DNA from: an uncultured delta proteobacterium
GTDB taxonomy: Bacteria; Myxococcota_A; Polyangia; Polyangiales; Polyangiaceae
Direction: 5' to 3'
Length of the DNA: 64,000 nt
Assembly (NCBI GenBank): GCA_963850305.1
Contig: CAWKKR010000008.1
Location: 384,001-448,000, forward strand
The notes beneath the pieces are model-generated. The model saw nothing but the letters and a program-made list of their open reading frames with translations. It was not told the DNA's origin and searched no databases. The position numbers and the translations under genes are program-made. Positions 56,334 to 64,000 of the stretch are shown in pieces; the stretch's first letter is position 1; every line of letters begins with the position of its first letter.

Positions 56334-57972
56334 ATGATTTCTCTAAGTATCTGGCGAGCAACCTTCTTTGCAACCCTCGGCGTGTCTCCGCTCATCGCGT
56401 GTAGCAGCTCGAGTTCGAGTCATAACAACCAGGGGGATGCGGGGTCGGGCGGCGCGACGGGCGGCGGCGCGGCCACCGGAGGGGTCACAGGCACCGGCGG
56501 CGCCGGCACGGGAGCCACGGGTGGATCGGCGACGGGGGGTAAGGGCGGCACAGGTGGAATCTCGTCGACTGGCGGCTCGGGGGGGCTCGACGGCGGGGAC
56601 GCCGGAAACTCGATCTGCAAGAACCCGACGCCCCGCCTCGACTTCAACGGACAGCCGACCGGGTTCATCGATTGCGCCGGCGGTTTCACGCATCGTCCGA
56701 CCACCGCCACTTGCCCGACACACCTGCCGCGGGTCGCCCAGTGCGGCGCAGGACCGGTCGACGACGCGGGTCTTCACTCCGGTCTGTGCTCGAAGGACAC
56801 CGACTGCCCGGGTCCGGACGGCTTCTGTCAGGCCAGTACGGGCGCGATCGCCAGCTGTTTCTGCAACAACGGTTGCCAGTCGGACACCGACTGCGCGACG
56901 GGCGAGATCTGCGGCTGCGGCGACCCGGTGGGGCAATGCATCCCGGCAGCCTGCACGACCGACGCCGAGTGCGGCGCCGGGTTCCTCTGTATCAGCTCGA
57001 AAGACTCGTCAGGCTGCGGGTACACGTTCGGCTGTCAGACGGCGAAAGACACGTGCGTCACGGACGCGGATTGCAGCTTCGACGCTGGAGCGCCGTTCTG
57101 CGAGTTCATCACGGACCATCACGAGTGCTCGTTCGGGCACCCGTGCGGCACGGGCCGCCCCTTCCTCGTCGGCGGCGCGGCACGCGTCGCGAACCTCGGG
57201 ACCGGCGCGGACTGGCAATCGACGCTCCGGCCCGAGTTCGACGCGCTCGAGAACGCGACGCGCTCGACCGTCGCCGAACGGTGGACGGAGAATCGCCCTC
57301 ATGGAGCATGCGTCCATCGCCGCGTTCGCTCGTTTCGCGCTCGAGCTGATGTCGCTTGGCGCGCCGTCACGGCTCCTCGCGGCGACTCAAGCCGCCATGG
57401 CGGACGAAACCGTGCACGCTCGAGACGCCTTCGCGCTGGCAAGTGCTTACGCCGGGAGAAACCTCGGACCGGGGCTCCTCGACGTGCACCACGCGCTCAC
57501 CTTGCGGTCACCCCTGGAAGTCGTGCGAACGGCGATTCTCGAAGGCTGCATCGGCGAGACGGTCGCCGCCGTCGAGGCCGCCGAAGCGCTCGCTCACGCG
57601 ACGGATCCCGCGGTGCGCGCGGCGCTCGCGCGCGTCTCCCCGGACGAAACGAAGCACGCGGAGCTCGGATGGCAGTTCGTGCGGTGGGTCCTCGAGAGTG
57701 GCCCGGAGCAGCTGCGTGCCGTGGCGGCGGCAGAGCTCCTCGCGGTCGTGCGGACGGAGCGAACGTGGAGCGAGAGCCAAACCGCGGCGTATCGCGCCGG
57801 ACCGTCCGAACCGGCGCTGCTTGCCCACGGCGTGCTCGACGAAGGAACGCGCCTCGAGCTCAGGCGCCGCGTCCTCGCCGAGATCATCGAACCTTGCGCG
57901 CTCGCGCTGGTCCGAACCGCGGGCGGCGCGGCCTCGCGCACGGCAGCACCCGCCCACTCTACCTTTGCCTGA
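56334..57972 (+). pseudogene. Cys-rich lipoprotein with C-terminal ferritin-like di-iron domain; frameshift ~57288
   Basis: LIAC lipobox, Gly linker, CxxDxDC repeats, GRP motif, then EHASIAAF, DETVHA, EGCIGET, DETKHA in the next frame. Confidence 0.85.
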
Positions 57973-57988
57973 TTCGTCTCTCACGCCA

Positions 57989-58044
57989 GCGAGCCGCGGG
58001 GGGGGCCAAGGCAGCCAAGACTGCCGAGGCCCCCTTTCTTTGGT
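57989..58044. repeat. Partial inverted copy of the REP-like element
   Basis: gcgagccgcgggggggg...ccccctttctttggta, with an enlarged terminal hairpin. Confidence 0.65.
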
Positions 58045-58103
58045 AACTTCTGCCCGGTTGCCCGGTGCGGGTGAGGGCTCATTTTGCGCTAAGGTCTGCG
58101 ACA

Positions 58104-59276
58104 ATGGCATCCACTGCCTTCTTGCATCCGAGCGGCGTTCCGCCGACCGGGCGGCGCATGCTGGTCGTCTTCGACGGGGGTGACGCTCCGGGCTATTCGT
58201 CGGTGGCGGTGGCTCTCACCGAGGAGGGCACGCGACGCGGCTACGAGGTGTGGGCCGCCACGGAGGGTTTTCGGTCCCTGACCACAGCCGCATCCGGTGA
58301 CCTGCCGTTCGAACGTCTGGTCTCGTCGCGCGCCGAGCGCTACGCGCTGCTCGCAGCGGGCCAGCCTGCGCGCTCGATGTCGCGGCGCCTGCAGGACGCG
58401 GGCTCCGACTTTCGCAGCGAGCGCTTCGCCGACTTCACGAAGGCCGAGCACCGCGCGCACGCCGTGGAGATGTTCCGCGGACAGGCCTTCACGCACCTGG
58501 TCTGCGTCGGCGGCAACGGTACCTTCGAAGGGTGCTGCGCCTGGCTCGAAAGCTTCGGACGGGCTCGCCCCGTCACGGGCTTCATCAACGTGTCGATCGA
58601 CAACGACGTCGGCGGCGACCGGGCCATCGGGTTCCTGAGCGGCGTCGAGACCGGTGCCACCATCGCCCGAGGCCTCCACGAGGACGGCTACACGCACAAG
58701 CGCATCTACCTGCTCGAGATGATGGGCAACCGCAGCGGCCGGCACGCGCTCCACTGCGGCGTGGCTGCGCGCGCTCACCTCATCGTGCTGCCCTTCTTCC
58801 AGTTTCCAGAGCGGATCCTGGCCGAGATCGCCGAGAAGCTGCTGGCTGCCGAACACGCCCTGGTGGTCGTCGCCGAAGGGTACGCCGAAGAGGAGCGCCG
58901 TCGCGGGCCCGTCGCGAGGTCCTCGAGCGCCCACCTGCTCTCCCAGCTCGAGCCCTTCGGGCTTCACGATTCACCGCGGCGGCGCGTCATCGCCGAGCCG
59001 TTCAGCCGTTACCTGCGCGGCGTGCGCCCAGGCTTCGCCGACGTGGCCGCCGCGTACTTGAAGACCACGCTCCTGCTCGATGCCTTCGACGACGGCCGGA
59101 CCGAGATCATGCCATTCGTGCTGGCAGCTCATGACGTCGGCGTGCGCCCCTTCGAGGAAGTGAAGCGCGAAGACCGCGTGGAGCGCGCGTTTCTGCCGCT
59201 GCTCGAACGCCTCGAGCTACCGGCGCTCCGCCGCTGGGTCGCGGAGAACTTCACGACGGCCGAGCGATCGATCTGA
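58104..59276 (+). CDS. 6-phosphofructokinase (PfkA-family), divergent
   Basis: GGDAPG, GGNGT, SIDND, EMMG, VVVAEG motifs. Confidence 0.8.
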   Translation: MASTAFLHPSGVPPTGRRMLVVFDGGDAPGYSSVAVALTEEGTRRGYEVWAATEGFRSLTTAASGDLPFERLVSSRAERYALLAAGQPARSMSRRLQDAGSDFRSERFADFTKAEHRAHAVEMFRGQAFTHLVCVGGNGTFEGCCAWLESFGRARPVTGFINVSIDNDVGGDRAIGFLSGVETGATIARGLHEDGYTHKRIYLLEMMGNRSGRHALHCGVAARAHLIVLPFFQFPERILAEIAEKLLAAEHALVVVAEGYAEEERRRGPVARSSSAHLLSQLEPFGLHDSPRRRVIAEPFSRYLRGVRPGFADVAAAYLKTTLLLDAFDDGRTEIMPFVLAAHDVGVRPFEEVKREDRVERAFLPLLERLELPALRRWVAENFTTAERSI

Positions 59277-59335
59277 GAGCCGCGCGAAACCCGACCCCTT
59301 GCCAGCTCTCCCGCTTCAACCGCGGGGCACCGCTA

Positions 59336-60352
59336 TCAGCGCGCTTGCGCGTGCCACGGCGTGAACCCGCGCGCCCGGGGCGTCTTCGCGTCGAGATCGA
59401 GCCACAGAAGCATGATCGCGCGCGAGATGCCCACGCCCCCCGGTCGACGCATCAGACGCCGCACTACCTCGGCACCCGCGCGATCACCCCCAGCCTCGAG
59501 GCTCACCACGACGAGGTACAGGTCCTCCACATCGTCGTCCTTCGTGAGATCGACGCGCCTGGCAGCTGCGAGTGCCGCGTCGCGCTTGCCGTCGAGCGCC
59601 GCGAAGTATGCCTCGAGCACGGCCACCGAATCGGGGAACCCGCGCGGACGGTACTCGTCGAGAGCGGCCTCTGCGTACTGGACGAGCGCCTGTTTCACCG
59701 TGCCGGTGCGCGACTCGGCGAGCATCCGCGTGAGGTAGGCGCGGTGCCAGCGGTCCTTCTGGAAGGCGAGCGTGTCGCGACCCTGCGGATCCCATGTGCC
59801 GCGTGCAGCGGAGAGGGTTGCCTGGTCGTTCTCGGCCAGCGCCGCAGCGGGGTCACCCTGCGCCTCGCGGATCATCATCATCGCATTGTGCGACCAGAAC
59901 TCGTCCGGAAGTTCCGGATGCTTGGCGAGCGTGGGGATGACCGCGACGAACGTGGCGGCGGCACGCTCGAAATCGCCCGCATAGACGAAGCGCGCGGCGC
60001 GCACGCGCGCGACGAGGTACGCGAGGTGCGCGTCATCCCCGGCGGCCGCCGTCGCGGCGGCGATCCGCTTGTCAGCCGTTGCCACGTCGCCGGCGGCGAT
60101 GGACGTCTCTGCCGCGTCGAGCGCCTCCACGAGCGCGGGCGGCGGAGTCGCCGGCTCGGGTGGTGACGGTGCGCCGGGAGCCGCGGTAGCGCCAGTAACG
60201 GGTGCCGGGAGCGGAGTCGTGGGTGGGGGCAGATATGCGGAGCATGTCGGCGCGGGCGGCGGCGTGACAGGGCCGACTGGAACGACGGGCGCCGGCGCGC
60301 ACGCGACGTGCAGCGCGGCGATGGTCACGACGGCGAGCGAGCGGAAGCGCAT
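59336..60352 (-). CDS. Hypothetical lipoprotein, Pro-rich linker plus helical repeats
   Basis: MRFRSLAVVTIAALHVAC lipobox; GC3-biased long frame. Confidence 0.7.
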   Translation of the reverse strand: MRFRSLAVVTIAALHVACAPAPVVPVGPVTPPPAPTCSAYLPPPTTPLPAPVTGATAAPGAPSPPEPATPPPALVEALDAAETSIAAGDVATADKRIAAATAAAGDDAHLAYLVARVRAARFVYAGDFERAAATFVAVIPTLAKHPELPDEFWSHNAMMMIREAQGDPAAALAENDQATLSAARGTWDPQGRDTLAFQKDRWHRAYLTRMLAESRTGTVKQALVQYAEAALDEYRPRGFPDSVAVLEAYFAALDGKRDAALAAARRVDLTKDDDVEDLYLVVVSLEAGGDRAGAEVVRRLMRRPGGVGISRAIMLLWLDLDAKTPRARGFTPWHAQAR

Positions 60353-60617
60353 GCGACAGAGAGTAAGCGAGACACGCCGCGGTTGGGCAGCGCACACTTC
60401 GTCAGGGGGTGACGAAGGACTCGATCCACACCCATGCAGTCGGGTTCGACGTCGGCCGCCGTGATGGGCGCGAAGCTCCAGATGACGCCGCACACGGAAC
60501 CCGCCGCGACCTGGCAGCCTCCGACGGACGCGGTCTTGTCGCACGGGCTCGTGGACCAGGTGCCGTTAGTATCGGCGGTGCTCCGTACGGAAACCACCCG
60601 GTACCGAGACCGATGCC

Positions 60618-61361
60618 TCAGCTCGACGGGAGTGTGAGGGGTTCGAGCGCCACCAGCACGGCGACCACGGAGCCGCGCGGCGCGACCTCTCCCGCGGCGA
60701 GCGGTCGTACCATCAGCGTGCCCCCGGGGCCGAGGCCCGGAGCGATCGCCACGCGGCGAGCGCTGTGTCCGATGAGCGCCGTGTGCGAAGGGAGTTCCCA
60801 GTAGGACGGTGCCACCGTGACGACCAGCTCCGCGCTCTCGGGCGCTTCTGCTGGCGAGCCAGCTGGGTCGGCGCTCGGCGGCAGAGTCGGCGCTTGCAGG
60901 TTCTCACCGGTTCGCAGCGCGGGCGCCGGATCCGCGGATGCGGGAACACGCTTCGCCGGCATCGTGACGCGCTCCACTGCCGATGCCGACTGGGTCGGAG
61001 GCGGGAACGCTTCCGCGTTCGGCGGTGGGAGGGAGAGAACGAGGGGCGGCAACGCGCCGGGTTCCGGGGACTCCTCGACGCGTTCCGGAGACTCCTCGAC
61101 GTGTTCCCGGCGTGGCGGCGCGGGCGGCACGGTTGATTTCGGTGCCCCGATCCCGCGAGCGAGACTCGTCGCTGCTTTCGTCAGAGCAAGCGCCCGCCCT
61201 CTCCATCCTGCTGCGGTTGCCGCCGCCGCCGCGTCCCGCACGTGCTCGATGGCCTCACGCACCTCCCCCTTCTCCCACAGGATGGAGGCACGCTCCAGTG
61301 CACGTCGCGTCTCTTCGCCGTCTCGCGGATCGGCGCGGGGCAGCACGACCGAATATCTCAT
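60618..61361 (-). CDS. Hypothetical Pro-rich protein
   Basis: Helical N-terminus (ALERASILWEKGE), Pro-rich linker, short beta C-terminus. Confidence 0.65.
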   Translation of the reverse strand: MRYSVVLPRADPRDGEETRRALERASILWEKGEVREAIEHVRDAAAAATAAGWRGRALALTKAATSLARGIGAPKSTVPPAPPRREHVEESPERVEESPEPGALPPLVLSLPPPNAEAFPPPTQSASAVERVTMPAKRVPASADPAPALRTGENLQAPTLPPSADPAGSPAEAPESAELVVTVAPSYWELPSHTALIGHSARRVAIAPGLGPGGTLMVRPLAAGEVAPRGSVVAVLVALEPLTLPSS

Positions 61362-61468
61362 CGCTAGTCCCCTATCGAAGCTCCCGATACTACGGCAGTA
61401 CGCGACACCCGGCCAGTGAGGCGCGAATTACCGCGCCCCCGGGCGTGATAGACGTCTCAGCCGTCCAC

Positions 61469-63862
61469 ATGACGACACGCGCCTCGCCCTATCGGTTCGC
61501 CGCGATCGGGCTCGTTGCCTGCTCGATGTTGATGCACGAGATCCTGCTCACGCGCATCTGCGCGCTCAGACTCTACTTCAACTTCGCGTTCCTCGTGATC
61601 TCCAATTGTCTCCTCGGTCTCGGCGCCAGCGGCTCTCTCCTGGCCCTGCGTCAACCAGAGTGGTCGAAGGCCCCGCGGCTCTGGCTCGCGCGTTTCTCGG
61701 CGATGTACGGGGTCTCGCTCATCGCCACTTACGTCTTCCTGCTCGAGTTCCCCATTCCGACGGACCTGGTGCTCTCGAACCCCTCGCACCTCTTCGCGCT
61801 CACCGCGTACAACCTCGCAGGCGCGGTGCCGTTCGTGTTCGGCGGCGTCGTCGTCGGCATGATCCTCACGTTCGACGTGGCGGACGTGAATCGGCTCTAT
61901 GCCGTGGATCTCCTCGGCGCTGGTCTCGGGTGCGTGGCGTGTCCCGTGCTCCTCCCGCACGTCGGTGCCGGTGGCGTCTTCGTGATGACCGTACTCCTCG
62001 CCGTTCTCGCGGCGGTCGTGCTCTTCCACGACCGCTTTCCACGCGGAGCCATCGCCATCGGCGCCGTGCTCGGCGTGCTCTGCCTGGTGCTCTTGCCGAA
62101 CCTCGACAGGGAGTTTCCCGTGCCCAGCAAGGGGCTCTTCGAATACGCCCTCGCCGTCGACCGAGCGACGCACCAGGATCCGCCCTACAGCGTCTGGACG
62201 GCGAACAGCCGTATCGATCTGGTGCGCGGCACGAAGCGAATGGCCGGCAGGTTCTTCATGCAAGGCACGAACACCGCGGGTTTGCCGCTTGCCCCGCTCA
62301 CCGGCGCCATCGCGCAAGACGCGATGGCCGGGACGACCATCGCGGACTTTTCGGACAACCCGGAGACGCTCGAGATTCTGCGTCGCACGATGTACTCGGC
62401 GGCGTACCGGCTCAAGGATGAGCCGAGGGTTCTCGTCATCGGTCTCGGCGGCGGTAATGACGTCTGGGCGGCGAAAGCCAACGGCGCGCGCTCGGTGAAG
62501 GCCATCGAGCTGAACTGGCCCATCGTCGACATCCACAAGACGAAATTGCGACGCTACTCGCGTCTGCTCGTCGACGATCCGACGGTGAATCTCACGGTAG
62601 GCGAGGGCCGGAGCGGGCTCATGCGCGAAACCACGAAGTACGACGTGATCCAGATGTCGGGGATCGACACCTGGACGGCGCTCGCGTCGGGCGCGTACGT
62701 GCTCGCCGAGAACTACCTCTATACCAAGGAGGCGATCGCCACGATGTACGGGCGCCTCGAAGACGGAGGCATCCTCCAGATCGCCCGGTTCGCCGAAACG
62801 ATGGAGGCTTTGCGCCTGCTGTCGAACATTCGCGCCGCGCTCTCTTCCCTCGGCGTGGAGCACATCGAGGACTCGATCTCGGTGCTGTCCACGGGCGATC
62901 GCATGATGGCCGTTCAGGTGAAGAAGGGCCCATTCACGCTTCGGGAGCAGCGGTCCACAGTCGCCTTCACGCGCTTCGCGGGTATCGATGTCGTCTACCT
63001 CCCGTCGCGACCGTCGCCGGGTCCTGTTTCGGACTTCATCCGTGCAAAGGATCCCGAGCCCATGATCGACGCATTTCCGATGAACATCTCTCCGACAACG
63101 GACGACCATCCGTACTTCTTCAGCTACGTGAAGTGGCAACACCCGATTGACTCGATCAAACACGTCGGAGACGTTCCGTCCGTCTCGCAGGGGAACCCGC
63201 TGTTCATCTTGATGCAGCTACTCGTGAGCGTGCTCCTGAGCGGGCTACTCATTCTGCTGCCCATCGCTCATCGCGCCGACCTGCCAAAACAGGGGACGGG
63301 CCGGTACCTCGTCTACTTCTCGAGCCTCGGGCTCGGCTTCGTATTCATCGAGGTATCGGTCATTCAGAAGCTCACGCTGTTTCTCGGGCAACCCGTGTTT
63401 TCGCTGACCGTCACGTTGTTCTGTCTCCTCGTATTCACGGGGCTTGGCAGTCTCACCCTCGCGGGACGCCTCCCGACGAACGACCGACGGATCTTGCTCG
63501 TCCCGGCGGCGCTCGCTGTGTACATCGCGGTATTTCTCGCCCTGTCCTCGCTCTTCGTTTCGCATCTGATCGGGCTACCCCTCGGTGTGCGCATGCTGCT
63601 CACCGGGCTCTTGCTCGCACCGATGGGGTTCTTGCTCGGCGTGCCGTTCGCGTACGGGCTCCGCGTGCTCGGCGAACGGAGTCCGTCGCTCACGGCGTGG
63701 GCATGGGCAATCAACGGGTGCGCGAGCGTCGTGGGCTCCGTGCTCACCGTCGTGATCTCGATGAACTTCGGATTCCGCGCCGTGCTCTTCACTGCCGCGC
63801 TCGTGTACCTCGCCGGGTTCTGGACACTCCTCGGATCACGAGCGGCGGAGTCGACGGCTTAG
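61469..63862 (+). CDS. Membrane protein with spermidine-synthase-like SAM-binding domain
   Basis: N- and C-terminal TM bundles (LYAVDLLGAGLG; WAWAINGCASVVGS), VLVIGLGGGND, AIELN, GEGR, YDVI, TTDDHPYF. Confidence 0.88.
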   Translation: MTTRASPYRFAAIGLVACSMLMHEILLTRICALRLYFNFAFLVISNCLLGLGASGSLLALRQPEWSKAPRLWLARFSAMYGVSLIATYVFLLEFPIPTDLVLSNPSHLFALTAYNLAGAVPFVFGGVVVGMILTFDVADVNRLYAVDLLGAGLGCVACPVLLPHVGAGGVFVMTVLLAVLAAVVLFHDRFPRGAIAIGAVLGVLCLVLLPNLDREFPVPSKGLFEYALAVDRATHQDPPYSVWTANSRIDLVRGTKRMAGRFFMQGTNTAGLPLAPLTGAIAQDAMAGTTIADFSDNPETLEILRRTMYSAAYRLKDEPRVLVIGLGGGNDVWAAKANGARSVKAIELNWPIVDIHKTKLRRYSRLLVDDPTVNLTVGEGRSGLMRETTKYDVIQMSGIDTWTALASGAYVLAENYLYTKEAIATMYGRLEDGGILQIARFAETMEALRLLSNIRAALSSLGVEHIEDSISVLSTGDRMMAVQVKKGPFTLREQRSTVAFTRFAGIDVVYLPSRPSPGPVSDFIRAKDPEPMIDAFPMNISPTTDDHPYFFSYVKWQHPIDSIKHVGDVPSVSQGNPLFILMQLLVSVLLSGLLILLPIAHRADLPKQGTGRYLVYFSSLGLGFVFIEVSVIQKLTLFLGQPVFSLTVTLFCLLVFTGLGSLTLAGRLPTNDRRILLVPAALAVYIAVFLALSSLFVSHLIGLPLGVRMLLTGLLLAPMGFLLGVPFAYGLRVLGERSPSLTAWAWAINGCASVVGSVLTVVISMNFGFRAVLFTAALVYLAGFWTLLGSRAAESTA

Positions 63863-64000
63863 ACCACACTGTGCACCGCCTGCTTGGCCGCCCTGGGTGA
63901 ACTCGGCGCCACGTACCGCGATGACCCGAGGGGGCTCCGTCCGAGCGAATCGCAGAGTCGCGGTAACCCCACCACCGTCCGCGTTTCGTGTGAGCTCGAG

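Overview
GC-rich (myxobacterial, Polyangiaceae/Sorangium-like) chromosomal window. Left to right it contains: a DUF3570/DUF4266 envelope cluster with two YtkA-like lipoproteins; a ~2600-codon TPR protein split by one in-frame TGA; a NUDIX/formyltransferase/LigD operon divergent from ku-mutS2; glyQ without glyS; small metabolic and regulatory genes; the methylmalonyl-CoA mutase operon (mutA-scpA-meaB). An accessory region (~31.6-58 kb) follows, with a sigma54 activator, a cytochrome P450, three paralogous Ser/Thr kinase-STAND ATPase-TPR genes, many Cys/Gly-rich lipoproteins, a copper monooxygenase and a ferritin-like lipoprotein. A PfkA-like gene and a spermidine-synthase-like membrane protein close the window. 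Non-coding signals read directly from the sequence: a 5'-truncated group II intron 3' end (half of domain V plus domain VI, 34067-34128); a covarying structured repeat family at five loci; two IS91-transposase remnants each fused to a 21-nt heptad array; an orphan Rpn-type C-terminal module with its own RBS; a duplicated sigma54 promoter plus palindromic enhancer module. About nine single-base frameshifts, mostly in short homopolymers, suggest long-read assembly error rather than true pseudogenes. Family assignments are from motif recognition, not database searches.
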